Shown piece by piece: positions 25,101 through 37,589 of a DNA stretch of 64,000 nucleotides. This stretch comes from Rhynchobatus australiae (Eukaryota). The DNA is taken from contig JAUZTB010000066.1 in the NCBI GenBank assembly GCA_034780895.1, positions 20,769,569 through 20,833,568 of the forward strand, in the 5' to 3' direction. The notes beneath the pieces were generated by a model. That model saw nothing but the letters and a program-made list of their open reading frames with translations, was not told where the DNA came from and searched no databases. The position numbers and the translations under genes were made by a program. Position 1 is the first letter of the stretch. Each line of letters begins with the position of its first letter.

Positions 25101-26760
25101 TCCTCAGGATTATTGCCTTTTATATTCTTTAATGGTGACCAAATTTGGAAAAATGTTCATATCCATTTTATGTACTTTTAAAGTAATAAATTTTCCCAAG
25201 CCGTGTGCATAGGAGAGTCCAGAAAAGGGAGAGGGATCCAAAGTGATGATCGAAGGCTTGAGGAGCCTTCTAGGAGGAAGGAAAGAATGAACAAAGTGAG
25301 GGGAAGGGGCTGATTCAACAAAAGCTGCTTGCGTTTTACTCATTTAGTTCTAGGGTCTTATGTGGAAGATCTGTGGTTCGTTACCAGTATGTGGATTGCC
25401 TCGAGCTGCCAAGTTTGCAGCAATAGGCAATGATTAAAGACATTAAAAAAATGCTACCATTTGTGCCTTTCATTCTCTCCCGAGTTCCATGGTGTAATAC
25501 CATGGGCACATTCAGTCAACTATATTTCATCTATGAACTTAGAGTGTGGGTAGTCCAGTTAGTCCATTCAGGTCAAGCCCAGTCTGTCCTCACCAAACAC
25601 TTTCAGTAAATGAAAATTCAGTTGCTGGAAATATGAAATAAAAACAGAAAGTGCTAGTGAGGGGTTCCGTACCTGAAACATTAACTGTTTCTCTTCCCAT
25701 AGATGCCATCTGATCTATTGAGTGTTTACAGTATTTTCTGCTTTTATATACATTTCCATTATGGGTCACCAACCATCAATTTTCCTGTTCCTAACCAATG
25801 TGTGTAACTACTGCTACTGGCACTGTAATGGAGATTTGCTAATTCAGCTCAAGACTCTATAAGTGTGTATGGCTGAGTTCACACCATCCCTGCATTTACC
25901 AAAAGGACCACCTGAGGGAGCTCCAGTTACAGTTCTTTCTCTCTATCCAATAAAATTCAAATTGAACTTCACACATTCATCAAACTAGGGAGATTGCTAA
26001 CACTGTGTCTCACTTGTTTGTACCTCTTAATAACTGAATTATGCATCATTAAGAGACTTTCTCTCATGACTTTATCAGAGCATATTAAACAAACAATAAT
26101 TAATAAATGAACACCCCCTAAGAATATTTCCTTTATATTGAGGTACTCAAAAATATACTTCCTCCATCTTTTAACATGAAAGGCCTGTTAATCTAATGAC
26201 AATGGCATAATCAAATTCTACAGATCAATTTTTTTGTACAAATTCTGTGCTGATAAAACTTTGTGGATATATCATAACCATAGATTATTGTTAATATAAT
26301 CAATACATGTTCAGCTTATCTAAAATTACATGTTTAATTTTTTTTCAAAATGCTTGTGCTTTTAGACATTTTAACATTCTCATGCATGGGACAGGCATCA
26401 TGATCATGTTGTCAACAGCAGAAAGAACAATAGATCACATCTGTGCACAGGGTACAGTGAACACTGTAAGTACATTGATGATCATATCTGTAGCTACAAA
26501 AATATTCCCTGTTTGATTTTACCAACTATGTGACAACAATTGAAAAATACTATTGAAACTATGAATCTGCAAATGGTTTAGTCTCCACTGGAAAGTTAGT
26601 TCCACACTGGCCAGCATGGCTATTTGTAGAGGCATGTTTTCAGAACAAGCTAATCTGAAATTAAAGCCTGCCCAAAAGTTCATTTAATTTGGCAAAAGGC
26701 CCTGTAAAAACAATGATTTGTAAGACATTTCTTTATAAATATTACTCATAAAAATACTAC

Positions 26761-27023
26761 CATTTTGTTCCATAAGTCCCCATCCTGTAACGTGACATTG
26801 GGTCCACTTGTCAATACGAAATTTGCCTGGTTTTGGTAAACAGGCCGGCCTGATGTAGTCCCCAAACTTGATAGGTTGGTCCACTTTAAGCACCGCCACA
26901 TCATTTTTGCCATTAAAGTACTTCTCATGCGGTATTAATTTTTCTATTTTCCGTGTAATTGTCCATCTATCAGGCTTCGGCAGTTCTCTCAGCCCTATCA
27001 CCGCTCTCCAAACATCCTTGTTG
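26761..27023 (-). CDS. Acrosin/TMPRSS12-like protease exon 3: NKDVWRAVIGLREL...EKLIPHEKY...NDVAVLK...YIRPACLP...CHVTGWGLMEQN
   Basis: cccag acceptor, gtagta donor; 263 nt, phase 2 to 1; catalytic Asp (NDVAV) and the GWG motif. Confidence 0.93.
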
Positions 27024-27443
27024 CTGGGACGGTACAGAAGAAAACAACTGTTAACGATGGAACTAAGAATCACTTCTATAACTGAAGATTCCACTCTAAC
27101 TGCACAAAATGACAGCAAAGTCAAAGACACAATGAGGCTCCACAGTAACTACAATTAATAATAGAGTATTCACGCTTAGTGCTTGTGCAAAAAGATCTAT
27201 ATTTAAGTTACATTTTTACATTTTGCTTTAATAATAACTGCAACTAATGGCTGATGGTGGGAGTGTCAGTGGGGAAGTACTTTGGAGATAGCGACCATAG
27301 CTCTGTAAGTTTTAAGGCAGTTACGAAGCAGGACAAGGATGGACCCAAAGTTAAGTTTGAATCAAAATACACAAAAGAAATAAACAAAAGCTGTTGAATT
27401 GTCTCCTACTGAATAATAAAATAATGATGTTTGATTAACATAC

Positions 27444-27642
27444 CTTAATCCTTTGGAATGAGGAAAGCAGTGTGCTGCTGATAACAGCCAGTATTGACTG
27501 ATGACTGTTGCTCCACACACATGCCTGTGATTAATTGCCACTTGAAGGCTAACTTGCCAAGGCCATGCACCTGTCACTGCATCACGACCTCCTACTATCC
27601 GTGACTGGCTTGTCTTTACAGCGACAGATCTCGTCCCGCATC
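27444..27642 (-). CDS. Acrosin/TMPRSS12-like protease exon 2: [15 protein letters not shown]|[19 protein letters not shown]...[26 protein letters not shown]
   Basis: ctttcag acceptor, gtatgt donor; 199 nt, phase 1 to 2; R|IVGG activation site, WPWQVSL, catalytic His (AAHC). Confidence 0.95.
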
Positions 27643-30600
27643 CTGAAAGGAAAGAGATTTAAATTTGCAGAGCTTAATATCTCACAGTTTTATCAGCAGA
27701 TCTAATGTCAGTGTAGGTCCAAAAAGTCAAACCATTGGACAGGATAGCTAAAAATTAGCTAATTAATAAGGTACACCAAATTATGTAAAATAGATTGAGG
27801 AGTTGGTGGAACGATTACCTTTCAGTTCTTACCCATCATGCTGATCTTGTGGGAATATACTTGACTATAGAAGCAACTGAAAATTCTCTCCAAAGATTTT
27901 AGATGAATTAGAGATGATCTCACTGAAACATATAAAATGCTCATGGGGCTTTACAGGGTAGATTCAAGGACATAGATTCCCCTAGTTGTAGTATCTAGAG
28001 CATGGTTTCAAGATAAAGGATAAACCATTCAGGACTAAGATAAGAAGAAAGTTCTTTAGCAAGAAGGTAGTAAACCTTTGGAATTCTCTACCCAAGGGGA
28101 CTATGGAGGATAAGCTACAGAGCATATTCAAGGCAGAGATGAGTAGATTTTTAGATATCAAGGGAACCAAAAGGGGTTAGTGTAGGAAAGCAGCACTGAG
28201 GTAAAAGATTAGCCCAGAAGTTGAATGATGAAGCAGATGTGAGAAGCCAAATGGTCCCCTCCTTCATGTACTTATTTTCATATGTACCAGCTCACCTTGC
28301 AGAAACACTCAACCATTGCTGCCTCTACACTTCCTCAGAGCTTTATTTGTGCGGCCACTGATGACACTTCCCTCATCTTTGNNNNNNNNNNATAGTCCCT
28401 CCCTCAAGGCCTCACTATTAGACAAATGTTCTCCAGCTCTTTATTCAATAATTTTAATACCCACATCAATACCATCTTTCCAAGAGATTACAGACCATAG
28501 GAAGAAGCAGATAACTGGAGGAGATCCTCCACCTATACTGCTATTTAGAACATAGAACAGTACAGCACAAGAACAGGCTATTTGGCCCACCATGTTGTAT
28601 CAAACTAATTAAGCTAGTAATTAAATGCCTAACTAAACTGAAGGAAAAACNNNNNNNNNNNNNNNNNNNNNNNNNNNNNNNNNNNNNNNNNNNNNNNNNN
28701 NNNNNNNNNNNNNNNNNNNNNNNNNNNNNNNNNNNNNNNNNNNNNNNNNNTTTGATACTGCTGATAAACAGAACACAGGCACCATTTGGGAAGATTCTAC
28801 GTGCTGAGCCTTTAGAAGGCCAAAGACTGTGAACCAGTTGTTTTGCTGAAACAATCAATGACTTGTCATGGCAAGGCACTGACCACCTGAGAAGGGAAGT
28901 TAAACAAGGAAGGTCTGGGACATCACTGACACACTTTGAGATGACATTCCATGATCAAAAAAACATTTCAAGGACAAAAGTCCTCACAGGACAGTAAAAG
29001 CTTGGCTGTGTACCAATCACTTTTGTTAAGTATTTCCTTTGAAAATCTGTAACAAACTTAATAAATTTCAATCTGAATCAAGCTCTTTAACCTGTATCTT
29101 CCAGACCTTAATCAACAGAAACCCTTTGGTGTAACTTATGTAACAGTCTAACCTTGCATAACACGTTCAGCTACATTCCCTTTCACTGCTACAAATATTT
29201 TCTTTTCCTCATACCACTTCTAAGTGGTGCAATCACTGAAGTTTCAGCGGAGGTGGAAGCTATCAGCTCAGATCTTTGCTCTGACTACTGAGAAGTTCTT
29301 GAATATCATCCTTGGAGCCTTGGGCCATGTGAGACTGGGCCTTGCCATAGACTGCTTCATCTGAAGAGGGGCAGGCACTCTCGATGAGGCATTAAGCAGC
29401 ATGTGATAGGTGGACAAAAGAGGGGAGGTGAGGTGGGCACAAAGTGGTGATTGAGAGGTACTGACTGAGAGCAGGCGTTGAAGGGAAAGCAGTTCGAATG
29501 AATTCCCAGTTCTGTGCTCCCTTTCATTATCATCCGTTACCTGTTCTTCCCTGATGACCACCAAATGGACATTAATGGTGTGGTGAATAGCTAAGGTTGT
29601 AGCTAAGATATTATCCCTCCTAATCATAGGTGAAGGCCTGCGTGTTTTGATGTTATTACGGTGTTTGATGCCCCATGCCAGTGACTACTCTTTCCATAGA
29701 TGCAGTTATTACTGCAGTGCATATCATAGCATGACACTAATATTTAAGACAGGTTCCTTCAATCTCTCAGCAAGCATGCACAGAGCAGTTAGGAGTATCA
29801 CACATTCTCTGCTGGTGCTCCAGAAGCATTCTGCTCCTCCAAAGTCCTGAGGAAAAATATCTATGTACATCTTTGCAGAGCTTAAAGTTCTTTAGTCCTC
29901 TGCGGACTCTTCATAGTTGTTCCTGTCGCTACCACCTGCTCTTACTCACTTGTGATCTGTGGGTCACCAACTACCCTCATTGCAGATATCAACACCCACA
30001 CCTGTGATCTCTGCTTTCCATCCTTGCAGCACACCAGGAGGAAGCAGAAAACTGGAGGTGGTCCTTTACCAATCCCAATACTTAACTGTGAACAAGAGGA
30101 CGTGCTGAGTCACTGAATGCTGAATCAGGTGTGAGTTTAGAAGCTGGTCTTGCACCTTGACTGTCATCTTGCAGTCCTGCTCATGGGTAATTCAAAGACT
30201 CATAGGAAAATGAAAGAGAAGTAGAACTGTCAATATAAGAATAAAAGAGTATTTTTCACACATTGCGACTTGAAGTCTGTGGACGTATGAGTCTCTTATT
30301 CAATGTGTTTAAACATGGGAGATATCCAACAGCCAATCCCCAGCACTTCCTCCTTTTCACAGGTAAATAGAAGTTTATAAAATTATGACAGGCATAGATA
30401 CTCAGCTGGTATCTTTTCCCAGGGTCAAAACACCTAATACTAGAGGGCATGCATTTAAGGTGAGAGGAGGAAAGTTCAAAGGAGATGTACAGAGAATCAG
30501 GGAGACTTATNNNNNNNNNNNNNNNNNNNNNNNNNNNNNNNNNNNNNNNNNNNNNNNNNNNNNNNNNNNNNNNNNNNNNNNNNNNNNNNNNNNNNNNNNN

Positions 30601-32073
30601 NNNNNNNNNNAAAGGGGTATCGTGTATTCCTAGCATCATTGTTACACAGATCATAGTGCTACACCACATCCACTACATTACTTTTTGAATTATTAACACA
30701 ATCACATAATATTCCTGTTAGCTAAGCTTTTCATCATGCCTTACATTTACAATACATAGTTCCTATACTTGACAACTAAAACAAAAAGATTTAATATCAT
30801 ATTTACAATATTTACATGGTTCTCAATTCAGTATTTACAAAATGTACATCAAATTAAAACAATGCCACCCTTCTCCTGGATGCACTCCTGATCTGTCTGC
30901 CCAAGTCTTCGGGACCCTCCTACGCCACTGTGTCCCAGCCCTTCTTTCACCGCCTGGACCCAGGGAATCCCAAGAACACACAGTTAAACTGACAAACCTT
31001 GGTTAATATCACCTGTCACTTCAGTGCATTTAACTCTTCTGTCCCCGATTCACTTCCAAATGCACATTCTCTAGTTAAAACCCTGGCCTGTATTTCAGAC
31101 TAATAAACCATAGATAATCTATTTGTAAAGGGTGGTAAAATGGAAATCCCAATTTGGTAATTTGTCTGCACACCGAATTTGCATGTAAAACCTCACCTTA
31201 TATTTTTTCTAAACCCTGAATACCATGGAAGATCAAATTCAATGGCAATGGCAAGATCAAAGCATAGGATACAATACACATTTTGTATTGTGTTCAGTTT
31301 GCCTAATTTCAAAGACCTTAATGCAATCAGGACTAGAGATATGTGCCTTTATTTAGCATGGCCTATTTTCAAACAAACAAACCAAATGTTGGAGATTTCT
31401 GTTCCAATGTGCTAATTTGCAAGACAAGAGGCAGCTCAAATAGACCATCAAGACTAGCAGTCTACTTTGTTTGCAAAGAAATCCTCTGAGTATATTGTTA
31501 CTTGGGATTTGGATTATTCAATAGAAGTATTAGCACTGTAGTCACCATGTCAAAATCTTAACACTTTAATGTGGGTCTTCTACACAGACATTTATGTGAG
31601 AGTTCAAAAACATTGTCAGTAAGCAATAATAAACAAAACAATTGATATCCTCTGCTAGAGCTCTCAGTGCTATGGAATATTGGACTTCTCTGTTACATAG
31701 CGCCCAGTCACGACATCCATCTTTTTAAAAACGTCATATAAATTGCCGCAATTCCTGCTTGTTGCACAGGTAATCTCCTCAGTGATCCAATGTATTACAC
31801 TGACTTTTGTAATACTGTGAGAGAAAAAGGAAATAATCATCCCTCCGACCTTATTTCACCTCTCATAATTGAGCACAAAGACTCATATTTCCCAAGTTAT
31901 ATTTAATACTTTGAACGACCGCCTATTAATCACGGTATTGAGTATGAGAACTGATATATTAATGTGCAAAACCATCAAAATATCTTCATGTTCACTTTTA
32001 TTCCCTTTATGTTTGCTGAGAGAACATACTTATTACTTAATAAGATAAAATAATGCAGAGTTGACAAACTTAC

Positions 32074-32173
32074 CTATTCGTGCATCCCCATTTACTAAAA
32101 TAATGAAACCCAATAAAAAGATTGCACAGAACAAGAAACCATCGCTGAAAGCTGGACGGAAATCCGTGCTCAT
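32074..32173 (-). CDS. Probable protease exon 1 (signal peptide): MSTDFRPAFSDGFLFCAIFLLGFIILVNGDARI
   Basis: ATG, hydrophobic core and VNG-D cleavage-like site; perfect G|GTAAGT donor; phase 1 matches exon 2. Confidence 0.75.
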
Positions 32174-33689
32174 TATCCAGTTTGGACTGACTGCAAGGAC
32201 TTCAGCAAAACTACAGCGAACGTCACTCAGCCATATTATGACGAGAAATCATAATGACTGCTCACTTCACAATGTCTGTCACCAGAAGTCAATGCTGTGG
32301 GTGTATGGCTGTTTAAATGGGAATAAACATGCACTGGGAACAAACCGGAACCATTCAATTCCAGAGAACAAAACCGGACTTTGGACACCGTTCCTATATG
32401 GTCCATATCTCCGTTATTATCATTTAAGCGGTCAAATTACAAATAAGGATTACCAAACCGAGGACGCACAAAGTCATTGGGCACTGTTTCTAGATCACGA
32501 GGCCGCGTTATTGTTTAAATTACTCAAAGCATTTTTTTGGCTGCGATTTACACGACTGGTTTCCTCAATGATAATAGCGTTTCTCACTAGTCCTGTTTTG
32601 TGGCACCAGTCTCAAGAGAGCAGGTCTTTGAAACAGAGGATGCTTCAAGAAGTCGAATGGAACAGCATGTCACCTCTCAACACATGGTGTAAACAGGTCA
32701 TTCCGCAGCTTGTACCAAAATGGATCTCATGCTTTTCATTCGGATTTTAATTAATGTTCTGACGAAGAGTTTTCGACCTGAAAAGTTGACTGTTCCCCTT
32801 TCCGCATCTGCTACCTAGCTTCCTGACGATCTGCAGCAATTTTTGTTTTTTTATTTCTCAACTGTTCTCTTGCAACTTAATCTTCTGAATTGATTCACCA
32901 AACCAAAACGTTAAGCGGGGCATCGGAAGAACACATTGCCAGAGACTTTCACTGGGCTCCAGGGATATCGGTTCTGGTCGGAAATGTTCCTGCAGCCTAC
33001 CGCTTGGGCACTAATGCCTCCAACCACCATACTTGTCTCTTCATTTTAGCTTCAGATGAAAACAGAAAATACTGGAAATGCTGAGCAAGTCAGGCGGCGC
33101 TAACTAAATGGAAAGTGGAGCTAGCTAACATTTCAGGCCACTGACCTTCTTCCCGATCTGCTGAATGCAACATGTTGTGACATTTGCTTCCGAATTTCTC
33201 CATCTATTCAAACCCTTGCTTTAAAACCCCAATGATTTATTTTCTGGTTATAGCTGTGCAGTATAGACGAGTTTTCAGTTCTAGAGAATGCAGGGTAATC
33301 CTCAACCAACTGCCTTTCATCTTCCAAATGGGCAGAGTGCAGCCTTACAGTCTCAACATCTGCATCAACAATTTTTGATTATGCAGGGTGAGAAGTTCTG
33401 GGAGGAATCAAAACAGAAGTTGTTCAGGGTAAGCACAAGTTCCACCAGACGGTGGTGAGTGTTAGCAGAGGGGAACGGGGTGGATCTGTGGACTAGAAAG
33501 AAAGAGAGCCCGAAGACCTTCCAATGGGGAATGGAAGTGTACAGGAACTGGACGTCCAGTTTGGCTGGCTTTTTTATTTATAGATTTGCAGCAGTCACTC
33601 CATGTTTCTCCAATAAGTTTAGGTAGTTCTACATTTATACCTCCTTTAAACTGGCCTTTGTTTCTTATTACTGCCTTCTTTTAGTTTGC

Positions 33690-34440
33690 AGTATTGCCTC
33701 TATTACCTGGAAATATGGGCCACTTCCCATCCCCCAGGAAGGCAGATATTGATGATGTAGTCCACCATCTCCTTCGATGTGCCAGCACGGCTTTGGATCG
33801 ACAAAGGAAAGGGGTACTTGAAGATCAAGACCTCCAACCTGGCACTAAATTCTGGACTGTCTATAGCACAAATCTCAAGGCACTGGGGAAAAAAAAATCA
33901 CTGCTAATGGTACCTTGATAACAGCCTCCAAATTCACTGGAAGGAGAAATGAACCAATGTCAGCATCCTCTCGTAAGCCAATGTCCTCAGTGTCGATGCC
34001 CTAGTTATGCTGGGTTACATTTACGGTGCTTCGGTTATGACCTTCACATGCCCAACACCAGACTCCCAAAACAGACACTCTATTCCGAGTTCCGTCATGG
34101 AAAGAGACTAGCAGGCAAACAGAGGAAAAGATTCAAGAATGTGCTCAAAACCTCTGAAAAAAATGCAACTCCCCCACTCACTCCTGGGAATCTCTGGGCC
34201 ATGGCCAGTCAAAGTGGAGTAGCAGCATTCGGGATGTTCAAGCCCATCTGAAAGTGCACAGAGGCCCTGTGTATGGGGCACAAGGACCAGATCACCTCAG
34301 AAACCACTCACTCGTCTTCCCCTTTGGCACCTGCTGCCCCATCTGTGAAAGGAGCTGCGGTTTCCACATCAGCCCCCTCAGAACCCACAAAACTGGAGAG
34401 AAAGTCATTCCTGATCCCAAGCCACTGTCCAAGAAGAAGA
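33690..34440 (+). mobile_element. Degenerate RTE-clade LINE fragment between the divergent protease and GUSB starts
   Basis: ORF HMPNTRLPKQTLYSEFRHGKRLAGKQRKRFKNVLK; same family as 7240-8030. Confidence 0.75.
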
Positions 34441-34817
34441 GTACCACCCCAACCCCTAAACATGGCTGCATTCTCCCTATCAGAGACCTCCTCTTTTGTT
34501 CTCACCTCCACTCTCCCTTTCTTTGCATCTTAATTCTTGCTTGATCTCTAAATATTGCACCCCTCCTCTCCTCTCTCCCCTCCTCTACCCCCTCCACTCC
34601 TCCTCCTCCTCTGATGCAAGCTCATCAATCCAACATGCAAACGTCTCTGCACAGACGCTGCCGGACCTGGCGAACACTTGCAGATTGCACGGCACACCGG
34701 CAATCGAGAAGTCGCGCCGTGTGACCCCGCTGAACGGTGAACCCCGGTGCATTTCGCAGGGAGCAGTGCGAGGCCGGGATCGGACGCCCTGCTGGGCACT
34801 GACAGGAGGCTGTGCGG

Positions 34818-34846
34818 GTCATGTGATCTGACGCGTCACGTGACGC
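34818..34846. promoter_or_regulatory. CLEAR element GTCACGTGAC (34835-34844) plus TCATGTGA M-box-like E-box (34819-34826)
   Basis: Exact TFEB/MiT-TFE CLEAR consensus ending 18 nt before the ATG of a lysosomal hydrolase. Confidence 0.75.
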
Positions 34847-34862
34847 CGCACACGCTGGCAAG

Positions 34863-35042
34863 ATGGTAGGGAGCTGGTGGCCGCTGCTCTCGTTGCTCGG
34901 CTCCGCGGTCGCCCTGAGCCCGAGAGAGACCCGCTCCCGGGAGCTGAAGGAGCTGGGCGGATTGTGGAGCTTCCGGGCGGATCAGTCGTCGAGCAGGAAC
35001 CAGGGATTCGAGGAGAAATGGTACCAGCGTCCCCTTAGAGAG
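34863..35042 (+). CDS. GUSB: Beta-glucuronidase exon 1 (signal peptide, then [15 protein letters not shown]...WYQRPLRE)
   Basis: ATG in a CpG island, ag|gtgaga donor; matches the GH2 GUSB N-terminus. Confidence 0.95.
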
Positions 35043-35488
35043 GTGAGACGGTGGTGGGGCAGTGTGACGGGGGAGGGGGTGCTTAATGCATCCCTCCCCC
35101 TGCTCCGTTTGGCTTCCCTCACCCCCTCCCCTCTCTCCGGGGCCTGTAGTTTCTTTCCCCCTCTCCTCTGGTTTCCCCGGGCGAGGCTGAGATGGGGAAC
35201 CCCTCAGCATCCGCCTGAGAGTGGTCATCTTCCCTGGAAACGGTAATGCTGCAACCAGCCAGCGAAGGAAGTGCAGTGTCCATGCGCCTGCAAACCTGCT
35301 GCTGCTTCCATGCAACTGTGCAATGCAGTAAAGTGGTGACTTTCATTTTATGTAGCAGTTTCCGTCGTTTAGAGATGCTACAAAACTGCCAGTAAAGTGC
35401 TTTAGAAAGTGGAGTTGTTGGGATAGAGAAAAAAAGAGTCAAACTTGTCCACAGCACAGTTCCATAGTCAGCAAAATGATAATCAGAT

Positions 35489-36197
35489 TCCATCATCTGC
35501 AGCCCTTTGCCTTCACCTATCACTCCCCCACCACCCAGCTTCTGTTGCTGTTTCTGTTCTCCCCTCACCCATCTGCTTATCACTTTTCCTCACCTGGATC
35601 TGCCTATTACTTTCCAGCTCTTTCTTCACCTCTTCCCCTCATCTCTTTATTACTATCTTCCTTCTATCTTTCAGTCCAGATGAAGGGTCTCGACCTGAAT
35701 AATCGACTGTCTATTTCCCTCCACAGATGGTGCCTGACCCACTGAGTTCCTCCAGTGGTTTGTTTTTTGCTCCAGATTGCAGCACCTGCAGTTTCTTGTG
35801 TCCTATAATCAGATAACCTGCTGTTGTGACACGAGATTCTGCAGATGCTGGAATCTGGAGCAACACACACAAAATGGTGGAGGAACTCAGCTGGTCAGGC
35901 AGCATCTATGGAGAGAAATAAACAGCTGACCTTTCAGATCAAGACGCTTGATCAGGACTGGAAAGGAAGAGTGCAGAAGCCAGAATAAGAGGTTGGGGGA
36001 GGAGCACATGCAGGTGATGGGTGAGTCCGGGTGGGGGGAGATGTAAGAAGCTGAGAGGTGGTAGGTAGAAGAGGCAAAGGACTGAAGAAGGAAGAATCCG
36101 TAGGTGAGGGCAGTGGACCATGGAATAAAGGGAAGGAGGTGGGGAGTAGATGAGCAGGTCATGAGTGTGGGGGAAGGGGAAAGAGGAGGAGCAGGGG
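35489..36197. mobile_element. Two tail-to-tail Penelope-type 3' fragments in GUSB intron 1
   Basis: Plus copy 35489-35804 flanked by ataatcagat direct repeats (35479-35488, 35805-35814); minus copy starts at about 35828; both carry hammerhead-like cores. Confidence 0.7.
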
Positions 36198-36967
36198 NNN
36201 NNNNNNNNNNNNNNNNNNNNNNNNNNNNNNNNNNNNNNNNNNNNNNNNNNNNNNNNNNNNNNNNNNNNNNNNNNNNNNNNNNNNNNNNNNNNNNNNNNNN
36301 NNNNNNNNNNNNNNNNNNNNNNNNNNNNNNNNNNNNNNNNNNNNNNNNNNNNNNNNNNNNNNNNNNNNNNNNNNNNNNNNNNNNNNNNNNNNNNNNNNNN
36401 NNNNNNNNNNNNNNNNNNNNNNNNNNNNNNNNNNCACACACACACACACTCTATCTTAAAGGAACACTCACTAATAGTCCTAGTCCATAACAGTGTGTTG
36501 CTGCTGTTGTGACATTGGCCGGGGGATAAATATTGAGGGTAAACACTGGGAGGATGCTCATGATAGTCTTTAAATCCTCTCTGAGAAAGAAGGAAGAGCT
36601 TCAGTTGGCACTTCGGATGTTTTATCAATCCTTCAGAACTTCACTGGAATGTTAGGCTAGATATTGTACCAATATTTATAAATATTTGAAACTTACGTCA
36701 TGCCTCTGCATTGCCTGTCGAGACTAATGTGGGTGTGAACAATGCAAAATATTACCAGTTTTCCCCATTGCCCTCTGGTAGTTGTGCATTAGCAGGTCAG
36801 AAACTACTATCCTTCACCCTGAAAAGCACATTTTGTCTCTACGTGTAAAACTATTTAGGTGACATTTATAACTTTGTCTCATCAGAAGAGCTTTTTGAAT
36901 TGCACCAGATATTTGTACCTGAACTGTATGTTTCCATTGTGTCCTATCATAAACTACTTTTTCTTAG

Positions 36968-37156
36968 ACAGGGCCAGTGATCGACATGCCTGTTCCTGCA
37001 AGTTACAATGACATCACGCAAGATCCCAAGTTGAGGAATTTCATTGGCTGGGTGTGGTATGAAAAAGAGGTTTGGGTTCCCGAATGTTGGATTTCATCTG
37101 ATGCTGGGAAGAGAGTGGTACTCTATGTTGGTAGTGCCAGTTACTTCTCTGTTGTT
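36968..37156 (+). CDS. GUSB: GUSB exon 2 (TGPVIDMPVPASYNDITQD...GSASYFSVV)
   Basis: AG/GT boundaries, 189 nt, MPVPxSxND and GWVWYE motifs. Confidence 0.95.
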
Positions 37157-37589
37157 GTAAGTGTTGTTAATTATTTGATAAAAGGGTTACATTTGGAAAA
37201 ATCTTTATCACTTAGTTAAACTAAGAATTAGAATTTGATTTAATGACTTAAGCAACCAATATTGTAAGATAGTAGACTTTGAGTTGATGATAAATGACAG
37301 ATACTTTGAAGTTTATTGAAACTTGCAACATTGGTTGTATACACACTTTATATGGTTTCTTGGTTCCTTAGAACTACTTAAGTATCTTTTTTTAGAGCAG
37401 TCTAATTCTATCGTTAAATCTTCAGTACAATTTTCTGTTGGAAAAATTAGCCTTGCAACATCTGGGTTCAGTGTTCTGGATTTGGAACGTAATGCAAATG
37501 GCCAGATATGTAGATCATGCCATATTAAGGAGGTGAGGATGACCTGAAGTGGATAATCACTTTCTCGAGATGGGATGCATCATAGATTG

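Larger units (their letters stand above)
34640..35060. promoter_or_regulatory. CpG-island promoter and first exon of GUSB
   Basis: Sharp local rise in GC and CpG content in an otherwise CpG-depleted window, spanning the GUSB ATG. Confidence 0.85.

Noticed and set aside
28296-28381. Minus-strand AAG|GTGAG donor as a candidate protease exon 1
   Set aside because: The phase-1 frame contains a stop and no signal peptide; 32074-32173 fits much better
32061-32750. 229-aa plus-strand ORF
   Set aside because: TTG start and no homology; lies antisense to protease exon 1 and its promoter, so likely chance
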